Sequence record: LT598654.1
Direction: 5' to 3' (one strand)
DNA: 64,000 nt
Under the pieces are notes generated by a model. That model was not told the DNA's origin and ran no database searches. It worked only from the letters and a program-made list of their open reading frames with translations. Below are positions 37,401 to 47,100 of this stretch, piece after piece (position 1 is the stretch's first letter; the number at the start of each line of letters is the position of its first letter). A program made the position numbers and the translations under genes.

Positions 37401-38546
37401 TACAATGTCAGGAACAGGATTTTCAAATCTCCACGGGTCAAAGACGATACTCATTAACCCATCTTCAAACTTGGTTTCTAAGGTAGACGCGATACGCTCA
37501 CCGCCGTGATAGACTTCAACCCAGTCACCGTTATCCCACGTTTCGTAGTTTAGATGCAGCACATAAGGTCCTGTGCTTGGGTCAAGTAATCCTACGTTGT
37601 GTACGTACTCCGTCCAGTATTGACCATTGTTCTGACGTTCACTGAAAGGATAAACTCTGGAATGTGTTGGTGCAGGAAATAAGCTAGTACCAATATACTC
37701 AGTTGTTCGTATTTGAGCCAAGTGTATATTGTTACCAGGTTCAAACACAGGCAAGTTCAAAACTTTCTTAGGCCCAATTACAGAATACATCCAGCGTTGC
37801 TTTTCTTCACTACGTATTCTGATCATCACACGGTCTTCACCGCTTCCGATTGCTGGGTCAAGAGTGAATTCTAACTTGCCTCTACCTGTTACACGACCAC
37901 ACGTACTGGCAATCAAGGCACCTAGATAGTAAACATCAACACTCATTCCGTACGTAGAATAAGAAGCGTAGCAGATTTCAAATATACCTGCTAAGTCTCC
38001 ACATTCGTAGATGGTTTCTGCGATAGCACTACCATTACTGAACGTATGAGTCCAACACATTGCTGGGTTCTCATAAGTACCGTGACCCAAGAAACTATTT
38101 GTTCCTGGATACGTATAGCTTTCTTTTGTGCCGTCGAGTCCTGGACGTTTGATAGCTTTACCCTCAAACGTTCCGAATGTTTTCTCAACACCGAAGCCTA
38201 CTTCACCTGCATCTGGTAAGTCGTAACCTGCAGGATAGCCTGTTAAGATATTGAACTCAGCACCGTCCGAGCCAACTCCGTTACCCGAGCCAGCTTCTTC
38301 TAAGGGAATACTACCACACGCAACACTTGCCAAGCTTGCTGCTGTACCGCAAGGGTTATCTAATATAGGGTCATAAGTACAGTCTACTGCTAACCACGTT
38401 GTGTTTCCGCTGTCCCGTATATGGGTTTGTTCTGGATAGAAACGAATCCAATTGCTGTTAAAACCGTCTCTGAAATAAAACTCAGAGTTACATTGGTCTA
38501 ACCAGCCATTGTCTAATGCGTTTCTTACTGTAAGTCTAGTACTCAT
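34419..38546 (-). CDS. large fibre/adhesin with split Calx-beta and C-terminal Hint domain
   Basis: 1375 aa; Calx-beta halves around an insert; GGGGG-CVALDTPILMADG...TQQH...VHN-A. Confidence 0.85.
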   Translation of the reverse strand: MSTRLTVRNALDNGWLDQCNSEFYFRDGFNSNWIRFYPEQTHIRDSGNTTWLAVDCTYDPILDNPCGTAASLASVACGSIPLEEAGSGNGVGSDGAEFNILTGYPAGYDLPDAGEVGFGVEKTFGTFEGKAIKRPGLDGTKESYTYPGTNSFLGHGTYENPAMCWTHTFSNGSAIAETIYECGDLAGIFEICYASYSTYGMSVDVYYLGALIASTCGRVTGRGKLEFTLDPAIGSGEDRVMIRIRSEEKQRWMYSVIGPKKVLNLPVFEPGNNIHLAQIRTTEYIGTSLFPAPTHSRVYPFSERQNNGQYWTEYVHNVGLLDPSTGPYVLHLNYETWDNGDWVEVYHGGERIASTLETKFEDGLMSIVFDPWRFENPVPDIVVKVMAQQREYGADIESYEYMLYDANRQGYKENRWNCEQPPSGITSAGHYSTEDHYTMNDIGDSVASVKVVGYGDFKYVASVIDAQGNVVAAKQGTGTQYIQWFRLEANDNYDDLLDVSVRIDCPIDASWNYLVGCYIPLLDIQIDDQTIDACPDIEININDAFAYEGQQARFVVSLNVPQSDPITVQYTTVDGTAQSSPDAVPAVGNPYPLYREEGIITSAVYKDETYNYTLLLEANPNRLYGPFGTSGTTQMNYFAGVYQEDVISNTDIAVNSFNELPPYYKMIANLLKDRFGTLNSSIKMLVLSHQRIWQYSYIERDDYYGGRVTEDAVYDMTTAMGHMTESLSNIYGITVDTEVINYYGPHGYSRTTIDPDSGTWKSHKDILNDYDIVVVDQFGLINHHVNENSDISDLNSYKNKVFNLGQSSAFAVALSRMAKNSNDPKVIIATAGFSPKSSYTDLFYKMNTNAKSIINALGISEDVDIGYNTTATGMGTTDGISVQSIIDYAGNNSYLWDSMSVTNILDLQEDAALMSLFSLSTVGGTNSGGSSDQVDYQSTSGTLTIPAGAGSAEIPVNTFTDTVSDPNETFKVVISNPSAGVIGRGEGTGTILEGTATSASGDMNIVKDSLTSVGTALVSSTTYSHPETIVALKINANAINYSWANEGTTQLQYADVSYTEDAGSVAYMTMTETQTTVSSPTLSPANSMVSGVCAEFEFDPARTYEYKWSVTRSTATIPNAANRILILPYCAFYIENEDGYGDTWSFVPYDEYHANNDRLSIAYEWTTASTTQAGTAIFEVEIFVKDDLGNVQKSSPITVTIQQKANVYSGGGGGGCVALDTPILMADGTTKIAELLRPGDEIIGRQIPGMIDENTEGWEDWTTQSLEGSSNVASTVKSAKMNWYKEYWVINSDLKITQQHHILVKRDDTWHWLDVRDIKMGDKLLGMNGNEVHVGTLRHVKDRLDVIVIDVEENDTYYAGKNPVLVHNAPVDQKH
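34443..34901 (-). other. Hint (BIL/intein-like) domain 1
   Basis: block A Cys1, block B TxxH, block F DVEENDTYYAG, terminal HN; +1 residue is Ala. Confidence 0.88.
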
Positions 38547-38554
38547 AATAGCCC

Positions 38555-39049
38555 TTAGACAGGTTTAATCCAAAGAGCGCCTGCTCCAACGGGGCCTGGA
38601 TCACTATCGCTGATATAGATAGCAACACGACCATCGAGTCCTGCTAAACCTCTTTCACCTTGAGGTCCGCTCGGTCCTTGTTCACCCTGTTTACCTTGTG
38701 GTCCACGTACACCGCGTTCGCCTTGAGCACCCTGCGGCCCTTGACAGCCCCGCTTACCCTGCAAGCCTTCTTCGCCGATAATACCATCGACACCTGCTGT
38801 ACCTGATACACCTTGAGGTCCTTCTGAACCTGAACCTACATCACTTTGAGTCATAAAGTTTTTGATGGTTAGTGTATCGTAGCCCGGTATCGAAAGAGTT
38901 AGTGTACCAGTTACGTTATCAAACGTTCCTGATATTTGAGAGGAATCGTTGCTGTCTGCTGTTACAGTTAAACCGGTTCCTGTATTCTCTACATCCCCAC
39001 TAACTGTACCTGCTTGAATCATTTTTAAACTAGGTTTAGTTAAGCTCAT
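38555..39049 (-). CDS. collagen-like fibre protein
   Basis: MSLTKPSL start shared with 30275-31117; about 23 Gly-X-Y triplets. Confidence 0.85.
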   Translation of the reverse strand: MSLTKPSLKMIQAGTVSGDVENTGTGLTVTADSNDSSQISGTFDNVTGTLTLSIPGYDTLTIKNFMTQSDVGSGSEGPQGVSGTAGVDGIIGEEGLQGKRGCQGPQGAQGERGVRGPQGKQGEQGPSGPQGERGLAGLDGRVAIYISDSDPGPVGAGALWIKPV

Positions 39050-39058
39050 ATCTATACC

Positions 39059-39697
39059 CTACGCAAATTGGTCTAAGTCGTCGTCATACTGACCGATAGC
39101 TGGATTGACCCATATCGCACCAGGTCCTGCTGACGCACCTGGATCAGTTTCAGAGATAATAATGTTGATAGTACCTGCAGGACCTTGATCTCCTTGCGGA
39201 CCAGTAGGACCTGTTTCTCCTGTAGGACCTGTTATTCCCACTTTACCTTGAGGACCTTGTGCTCCAGTAGGACCGCGCTCACCCATAGGGCCTTGTACAC
39301 CTTGAGGGCCGGGAGGACCAACTTGTCCGGGTCTTCCATCTTCACCTCTAGGTCCTTTGTCTCCGGTTGGTCCTACAGGTCCTGCACAACCTTCGGGACC
39401 TTCTTCGCCGTCCCTTCCATCACGACCGTCCTGACCGTCTAAGCCTGGTTCACCCTGAGGCCCTTGAGGTCCTTCTGGTATACTATCGAAAGTAGGGAAT
39501 CCTGTAATAGCAACATCCTGACCATTGGAGAATGTTAGTGTTAGGACTCCGCTTCCCTGATCATAAAAGCCAGCGGTTATCTCACTGGCTGTTGTTACTG
39601 TTTCGTCACTTGATTTAAGCTTGCCTGATTCGACAACAACGGCACTACCGTCGGCACCGCTTGCTTTAATCATCGACACTGGAATTCGTGTAAGCAT
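39059..39697 (-). CDS. collagen-like fibre protein
   Basis: about 34 Gly-X-Y triplets; IIISETDPG..GAIW tip motif. Confidence 0.85.
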   Translation of the reverse strand: MLTRIPVSMIKASGADGSAVVVESGKLKSSDETVTTASEITAGFYDQGSGVLTLTFSNGQDVAITGFPTFDSIPEGPQGPQGEPGLDGQDGRDGRDGEEGPEGCAGPVGPTGDKGPRGEDGRPGQVGPPGPQGVQGPMGERGPTGAQGPQGKVGITGPTGETGPTGPQGDQGPAGTINIIISETDPGASAGPGAIWVNPAIGQYDDDLDQFA

Positions 39698-40158
39698 CAG
39701 TCTACCTTGTTGTGAACTAGTATGCCGTTCATAAAGAAAGAATCAAACATACATACTTTTAAATCCGAACTCTGCGCTCTTTCCGTAATATACTCATGCG
39801 ATACTACTTCAACTGTTTCAAGCTTGTCGTTCATAAGTAGGTCACCGATTCTAACTGACTTAGGCATAACCCATTGCCAGATGGAATTGCGACACACGAA
39901 CAGAGGATAGCCCGTTACAAAGTGCATAGTGTTTATTTTGAAGTAACCCTCACGGTAGCTGTCTGTGCGCCTTGAAACAAAACTCTCACAAAGAAAGATT
40001 GAATCACGGTTCTCTGTAGCCCAATCCATTACCGCATAATCATTACCGTAACGAGAACCGGGCATGTTAGGAATTCTAACGCACGAAACCACATCACCGA
40101 AGTGTAAGTCCCTTGCATTTCGTTTACTGTTAACGCATGTGATTACTTGTTTCAACAT
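39697..40158 (-). CDS. stand-alone degenerate Hint-like protein
   Basis: ARDLHFGD, VRIGDLL and FFMNGILVHN match Hint blocks; Cys1 and TxxH absent. Confidence 0.7.
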   Translation of the reverse strand: MLKQVITCVNSKRNARDLHFGDVVSCVRIPNMPGSRYGNDYAVMDWATENRDSIFLCESFVSRRTDSYREGYFKINTMHFVTGYPLFVCRNSIWQWVMPKSVRIGDLLMNDKLETVEVVSHEYITERAQSSDLKVCMFDSFFMNGILVHNKVD

Positions 40159-41678
40159 TATTTTTTCGCCACCATTACTGCGTTATGAATACACACAGGA
40201 CTTACACCACCGAAATAGTTATCGTAAGGTTCTGCGTCTATTATAACAACGTTGATAGGTTCGTTTATTTGTTTGATTGACTCTACCTGGACTTCGGATT
40301 CTTTTCCGAACAATGTATCGCCTACCTTAATGGATTCAGCACCATGCCATCCCCACTGATCACCACTCTTTATTAGCAAGGGGTGCTGCTCGGTAATTTT
40401 AACATCATCGTTGATAACCCAATACTTGTCATACGTAGTGTGCATAGCAACCCTGGCTATAGTAGGTACTGTCTTAACATCACTGAGTTGTGTTGCTTTC
40501 CAGTCCTTCCAACCGGGTTCAGATTCGTCAAGCATTGAATCACAGGTAAATGCCTGTAACGTATCACCTACTTTAATATGCTTGGCTTTGACTTTCTCTC
40601 CAGACCAGAGCAAGATTGGTGTATCTTCGTGAACACAACCTCCGCCTCCTATTACGATAGGTGCTCCCTCTTCCTCTTCTTCATCTGTAGTCCTAGAATT
40701 AGAACCTGTGAATCGAAAGGTTATTCCGTCGATAACATGTTTCTTATTGGAGTTACCTGTATCAGTTATAGTGAGTTTAACATCACCTGAGTACGAGAAG
40801 CTTTCACCTGGATCAATAACAACATAGCAGGTTATCTTGAGGCTTTTGTTTGTAACAGAACCGTCTATGCTAACGTCACTAGAGTTGAGGCTACCATCTA
40901 CCTGTTGCCAATTATACTTGAAAGGACCGACACCCCCTGAGAAATTACTCAGTACAAGAGTTACCGAACCTCCATAGCTGTCAGTAGTAACCAAACTCAG
41001 ATTAGCACTCTGGTCGCTGACACTTCCTTTCATATCTGCTATTTCTATAACAGGTGCTTCTACAACAACACCGTCTTCATAAGGTACAGCCCAGATAAAG
41101 TAGTTGTCAGGTGGAATATCAGAACCGTAGTATGCGTCACCGCTTGCTGTAGGTCCTGTTTCTCCTTTAGGACCTATCAAACAACTTGGTCCTGTCGGTC
41201 CTATAGGTCCTTGGAATCCTATAATACCGGGTTCACCTTCAGCACCTCTCGGTCCCGGGCTTCCGACAGGACCGTATAGACCCGTGATGCCTAATTCACC
41301 ATCGTCACCGTCTAAGCCTGCCTCACCTACAATTCCTTTGACACCTTGTGGGCCTTCACATCCTGTTTTACCTTCTTTTCCTATTCTACCTAGTCTTCCA
41401 GGCTTTCCGTTTTTACCTGCAACTCCCTTAGTACCTCGAGGACCTTCACCTAGCTGAGCTACAGTTAAAAACCCTGTGACGGTTAATAGTTCACCGTTAG
41501 TTCGAACAAAGTTTAATTCGCCTGTCTTTTTGTTAAAACCTACTTGCGATATAAGTAACTCACTTGTAGGTTCTTCCGATGAATATTCTATAAGACCTGA
41601 CGTTGTATTTACTTTCAGTGTAGTACCGTCACTTCCGTCCTTAGGTACTACACTGTTAATGTTAGCTTCTTGTGCCAT
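40158..41678 (-). CDS. collagen-like fibre protein with C-terminal Hint domain
   Basis: about 32 Gly-X-Y triplets, Ig-like domain, GGGG-CVHEDTPILL...TEQH...IHN-A. Confidence 0.85.
   Translation of the reverse strand: MAQEANINSVVPKDGSDGTTLKVNTTSGLIEYSSEEPTSELLISQVGFNKKTGELNFVRTNGELLTVTGFLTVAQLGEGPRGTKGVAGKNGKPGRLGRIGKEGKTGCEGPQGVKGIVGEAGLDGDDGELGITGLYGPVGSPGPRGAEGEPGIIGFQGPIGPTGPSCLIGPKGETGPTASGDAYYGSDIPPDNYFIWAVPYEDGVVVEAPVIEIADMKGSVSDQSANLSLVTTDSYGGSVTLVLSNFSGGVGPFKYNWQQVDGSLNSSDVSIDGSVTNKSLKITCYVVIDPGESFSYSGDVKLTITDTGNSNKKHVIDGITFRFTGSNSRTTDEEEEEGAPIVIGGGGCVHEDTPILLWSGEKVKAKHIKVGDTLQAFTCDSMLDESEPGWKDWKATQLSDVKTVPTIARVAMHTTYDKYWVINDDVKITEQHPLLIKSGDQWGWHGAESIKVGDTLFGKESEVQVESIKQINEPINVVIIDAEPYDNYFGGVSPVCIHNAVMVAKK
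40182..40637 (-). other. Hint (BIL/intein-like) domain 2
   Basis: Cys1, TEQH, DAEPYDNYFG, HN; paralogue of Hint 1. Confidence 0.88.
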
Positions 41679-41681
41679 AGA

Positions 41682-44114
41682 TTACCCCAAGTTTGGAGAA
41701 ACGTCTACAATCAAGTTAACCAATAAACGTGAACCATAGTCACTGACTGAACCATTACGAACACGCATCTTAGCAACAACATCGATATATCCGCTCGGCA
41801 TGTTTGCTTTCTTCAAACTCCAGCTTTGTGAAATAGATTTATCCGCATAAGCATACGTACCTTGTTTGTCCGGATTAGTAACAGAGAAACCAGTTTCACC
41901 AGTACCTTTTATGTTACGTCCGTATTCAGGTTCGTTGATAGAGTGCGTTTTAAAACCAAGTACAAACTGAACTGCTTCTAGTCCTTCGTTACTGCTAAAA
42001 CCTGGCCCGAGTCGAGCAGAGAAATCCGCAGTTGCTTTAACCGTTACATCGCCTTTGAATGTTACGCGAGTGGTATAGATAATTTCTTCTGCGTTATCTA
42101 ACCTGTGTTGGTTGTTGAATACCTGAGGACTATCTTTAGCAATCTGTTGGCTCAACGTAGACGTAACTGTGTACTCAGGAAATGTTCCTGTTACTTTAAT
42201 ACCGTCACCTGCTTTGATATTAAATTTGGGAACAGGTAATCGAATACGGTCAGCATTATGTCGGATAAGTTCAATGCTCTTGGACGTAACCACTGCTTCT
42301 GTGACAACACCGTTGATAGAAGTATCCGCATTACCCTCGGACAGAACGTTACGGAAAATCATAACCTCTATTTCGGTGTTTGCATCAATATCACGACGAA
42401 CAATAAGTCTGTCATCTACAATGTCAAACAAAGAACGGTTAACGTGCATACCCTGCTCACTCATAAACACCAAACCTTTGTCACTAGGTGCAAAGGGTAA
42501 TTGGATGATACGAGTTAAATCTTTTGTTGTGTAACACGCCGTATGAATATGTGTAGCGTAACCTACAACACTTTCGGTTACTAGAGCATTAACTTCAACT
42601 TTAAGACCTTGCAAAGGAGGACTGGTAAACACAATCTTTTGGTTCTCAACATCGATAACATACGTGTTGATACTTTGTAAGAATGGGTCTACATAAACCA
42701 AGCACTGATCAGGACTTGTAATCTGCTCACTCCCTACAACAGGAATATCAAATTCTGTTTGCGAACCATCTGCAATGTATTCGGCGTAACGGATATTTAA
42801 TAGTGCGCCTGTACTAGGACTTAGGTGGAACAGTCGTGCATCTACCTGTGTTTCGTTCGGTAAATCTTCTGAGAATTCAATAGTGTTCTCAGTGATTTCA
42901 AACGCATCCCGATGCTGGTTAATACCACCTAATGCGATGATTGCATAGTTGTTGTTTTTGGTATGCGAGTACTTGTGGATTTGAGCCTTTTCATTTGTGG
43001 TCTGGCTTAAATCTTTTGAATACAGTTCAAAAGTACGTTGACCCGCGGAGTCTTCGGCTGCTGTTATATAACTAGCGACACGTAACTCACCAGGTGGATG
43101 GTATAGCGTAGAACCATTGTTAGATGCTTTAAGAGGCGGAACCCAACGAGGAGTAGACACACCGCGCTCCAACACATAGTTGCTAGGTACATCACTCATT
43201 GGGATGATTGTACCGTTGCTTGCTTCGGTTGTCTGCCAAATAGAAACAACTGACGCATCTTCCAAGTCACTAAATCCATCTACGAAAGCAGTGAAGCGAT
43301 AAATCTCTCCGCTAGGTACTGCTGTAAATCTGCGTGTCTGACCAGCACCCGCTCCAGTGATCACCTGTACAATAACAAGTTCACCATCCGAGAAGTCTGT
43401 GTTGTCGTTGGCTTCGGGACATTCAAAACCGCTAGGTCCTGTTACGTTACCGTCACCAAGTACACCAGTAAACACGCGCTTGTGACCAGTGAAAGACCAA
43501 TGCGCTCCACCCGCTCCAAACTGCTGTGCAATCCCTGGCGTTGTAGAACCGTCTGGACTAACCAGAATATCCTGCACACCTACGACATTAGCAATAGCCT
43601 CAATCGGACTAGGCAAGTCATCGATACTCATTACACTGGGAATACCTGAATATTCACTTAGCGTAACATCGATAAGAGCAGCTTTGTTTTCGGTTAGGCT
43701 GAACAGTACTTCCAGTCTAAGACCTTCGTTGCTTCGTTTGACATAAGGCGTAGAGTAGACGCAATGCCCTAAACAAGTACCGTCTTTATCCTGAATGATT
43801 AATTCACCAATATTAACACTCGGTACGATACCGTCTGACGTATTACTGTCTACTGGAATACCTTCAGGAATGTCAATAGTGAACCGTACTGTAGCGGCAC
43901 CTACTACTTGAATGTAGCTAATGTTTCCTGTGTGGACAACATTACTTGTGATCGTTGTTGGGATTCCGCCCTGTGACTGATAAAAGTCTTCTGCGCTGGA
44001 GACACTGAGGTCTCCAACTTGGAAGTACTTAGGAGCTACAAGAATACCACCTGCATCAGCATCGGCAAGTGCTTGTAATCCGTCGGCGGTTATGTTTAGA
44101 GTATCTGGTGTCAT
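41682..44114 (-). CDS. tail-fibre/baseplate attachment protein
   Basis: N-terminal IT..GL.ALA.A...G.......F.VGD tail-collar (gpH-like) start; repeated ADGSQTEF-type beta modules. Confidence 0.7.
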   Translation of the reverse strand: MTPDTLNITADGLQALADADAGGILVAPKYFQVGDLSVSSAEDFYQSQGGIPTTITSNVVHTGNISYIQVVGAATVRFTIDIPEGIPVDSNTSDGIVPSVNIGELIIQDKDGTCLGHCVYSTPYVKRSNEGLRLEVLFSLTENKAALIDVTLSEYSGIPSVMSIDDLPSPIEAIANVVGVQDILVSPDGSTTPGIAQQFGAGGAHWSFTGHKRVFTGVLGDGNVTGPSGFECPEANDNTDFSDGELVIVQVITGAGAGQTRRFTAVPSGEIYRFTAFVDGFSDLEDASVVSIWQTTEASNGTIIPMSDVPSNYVLERGVSTPRWVPPLKASNNGSTLYHPPGELRVASYITAAEDSAGQRTFELYSKDLSQTTNEKAQIHKYSHTKNNNYAIIALGGINQHRDAFEITENTIEFSEDLPNETQVDARLFHLSPSTGALLNIRYAEYIADGSQTEFDIPVVGSEQITSPDQCLVYVDPFLQSINTYVIDVENQKIVFTSPPLQGLKVEVNALVTESVVGYATHIHTACYTTKDLTRIIQLPFAPSDKGLVFMSEQGMHVNRSLFDIVDDRLIVRRDIDANTEIEVMIFRNVLSEGNADTSINGVVTEAVVTSKSIELIRHNADRIRLPVPKFNIKAGDGIKVTGTFPEYTVTSTLSQQIAKDSPQVFNNQHRLDNAEEIIYTTRVTFKGDVTVKATADFSARLGPGFSSNEGLEAVQFVLGFKTHSINEPEYGRNIKGTGETGFSVTNPDKQGTYAYADKSISQSWSLKKANMPSGYIDVVAKMRVRNGSVSDYGSRLLVNLIVDVSPNLG

Positions 44115-44151
44115 CTATATAACTTCCATTATGATTTCTATAAAATTAGAG

Positions 44152-47100
44152 TTATTCTTCTGTGTAGCTGACAGCGAATCTGCCTGCTGAGAAGCCTCTC
44201 AGATTTGTTCTGTAGAGATACCACTGTTCAGTTAATCCTGACTCATAGGTGCGAGTAACAGTTATAGGACCTTCTTGTGTACCCGAACCGTCTTGCCCTC
44301 TTTGCGCTCCGTCCCAACCACCTATAATAGAACTGGCTGAGTTAGGCTCAGGGATATAAGTAAACGTTGCTAAACCTAATGCCTTAGGATGTGCGAAGTA
44401 TCCGTATTCGTCTGCGTCTGGGTCAACATTAAAAATACCACCTGTTCTACTAAGTAGCTTAGTGAAAGCACCTTCATCTACAACACTTTGGAACAGAGAA
44501 GTATTTGAAACACCATAAGCATACGTACCAAACAGAGGATATGAACTGTACACCTTGATTGTTTTGGTATCATAAAAACTAGGATAGTCTTTTGCTTTAA
44601 TGGTAACCGTAATGTCCTTATCTTCCGTAACAGGATCAATAGTCAGTACGTTATCTTCAAAGCTGGCATCATCCTCAGAATAGTTGAAGTAATAGAACGC
44701 TAGATCATTAATCGCTCTTACTTCTGTACCGTCTGAGGTAGTACCTGTCAACAGAGCACCCAATGAATACTCACCGCTATCAATCAAAGCATCTTGATTG
44801 GTTTGAGGTAACGTGAGTTCGATACTGGAAGGAACAAATTCCATTAACAACGTGTATTCAAAATCGCTCTGAATTGTTTGCAGACCTTCTCTGGCTACAG
44901 CACGTAATACCATTGTGGTGTTAGCAGTCAGTTTCGGAATAACAAACCCACCCGTTTCTTCATCCTGAGTCAAACCCACTGGTCCACTCATAATGTACCA
45001 TGTAACTAGTGCTTCGGGATTAGATACGTAGGTTCCGTCGCGACGTAGTATAGAAACACTAGGAACGAAAATAGTGCCGTCAGTATCGTAAGCGTAAGTA
45101 GATCCTGTTCGTTGAATCGTTTCAATCGCTTTACTACTCTCGATAATAACTCGGATAGAACTGCTAACAGTCTCAACGCGGTCTTCTCCTGCTAAGGGAT
45201 TACTTGAATCAATACTATCAGAGGTTCTTTCAAACTCCTCTGTATAGACACCTCTAATGATTACTTGTGTATCTGCCTCTACCGGAGAAACCATTAAACC
45301 AATAATGTTTTTGGTTGGTTGCATCAAACTTACTTTGTCACTTGCGGTTTCAAGAGTCCAGGTTACAACTTCTGGATCGTAGAACGTTCCTAAATCATCA
45401 GTACGTTCAACCTGTGCTTTGAACCTGTAGAATAGTTTTCCACTGGTAGCATCGATTTGGTCAAACGCATCTGGAGTCCCTACGTTATTACCTGCTACAT
45501 CACGTAAGCGAATAATGTCGTTGGCTCCACTGCTATCTCCTACTGTAACGTTGGTAGTACGCTCAAAAGAACCATCGTTGGAAACGTTCAGTACATACAT
45601 TCCTGTAAGAATACTATTGGTTCTCTTTAAGAATACCTCTAATGTTTTCTCAAACGTTGTGATTTCATCATCGTAGGTTGCAGTTATCAATAACTCTGCG
45701 TCAACGTTGATTCTTGGATACAGGTAACCGTTTGTATCTATCTCAGCAATAAAGATTTGCTGGAAGATTTCAGTTAACTGATCTTCACTTAATTCAGCTA
45801 CCGTATACACACTCAAATCAGATTTGGTAGGCAACAAGCTTCGGTAGTTGTCGTTAGAGTTAACCAACGTAGTTAGCACTTCTGCTTTATTGATTACGTC
45901 AACAGTCCAACCATTAGATACCATATAGCTGATACCTAAGTCGTCATAGTCAACAACCAAACCGTATGAGTAATACAATGTGGTATCTGCGTATACTTCA
46001 CCAGGACCTTCAATACGAGAACTATTGATAGTATCGTGCGGTTGGATAACGTCTGCTGTGTTGGTGATAGTTACGCTTTCGTTTTGCTGGAAGTACCTCG
46101 CATTAACCTTAAACTCTTGGCTTACTGCACCGTCTTCCAAAGGTCTTGTCTGCAATAATGCTCTAGGAAATTGTTTACCTACATTAGCATCAATAAGATT
46201 TCTAACGCTCGCTGTCCAATCCGCCTGTGCAGTTTCTGCCAGAGTAGCAAACAACAATTCACCTTCAACCAGCTTAGTCACCTGAGCATCAGTTAACGTA
46301 TTTGTGTTTAAGTCTTCTCGGTCAAGACCTATCAGCACTTCTACCATTCGTTCAACAGTAAACGTACCCTGAGTTAAGTCTGCTTCAACTTCTTGGTCAA
46401 CGTACACAGGTTCAACAGACCAAACGGCTGCGGACTGTTCAGTTTCACCATTAGCGTAAGTTACCAGCGCAGTTAAAAACACACGACTACGTTCAGCCAT
46501 TCCAGGAGCATAAATAATTTCTAGGCTCTCCGACAAGAACACTTTAGGTACAACACTAATGTTGGTACTATACGTAGTGTAGGCAGCACTAGGATTGGCT
46601 AACCAGTAGTCTGTCATTTCAACAGGTATCGGGTCGTCATCCAAAGGATTGATGTAGTAAACCTTAACCTCAACTAGACCGTTTACTGCTACCAAGCTAG
46701 AGTTTTCATTCTCGGTCAATAGGTAATCGATATAGAACTGCTCGTGAGTAGTTCCATCCTCAACAGCTTCGAATTCTTCACCTGCTTTGGTTGTTAAGAT
46801 TACAGGGTTACCAGTTTCGTGTTCAAACGTATCTTCGAATCTTTCGTTGGCAATGTCATAAGAGCGAATGTACTTTGAAATAACCTGACCGTTTTTGATT
46901 AGTTCAATTCTGTTTGGAATAATCTGTGTTGCAGTATCATCATTCCAATCGGCATACATACGGATTCGGTTTGTGTTACCTTGAGATAAACCTTGAGGTG
47001 TCAACACTTCCAGTCTATCGATTTCGCGGCGTAGTGCATTAACCGCAACCACTTTACTTGTACTTAAACGAACAATAGATTCTTCGTCGTTTGCATCGTA

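Noticed and set aside
40152-40170. -1 frameshift at GCG AAA AAA TAATG fusing Hint 2 to the pseudo-Hint
   Set aside because: Not a canonical X XXY YYZ heptamer and no downstream stimulator is evident; TAATG coupling is common throughout this window.
34443-40637. True protein-splicing inteins or Hedgehog-style lipid transfer linked to the ACP genes
   Set aside because: The +1 residue is Ala, there is no homing endonuclease and only a 7-aa C-extein; there is also no substrate-recognition region after the Hint. Nothing in the sequence links ACPs to the fibres.
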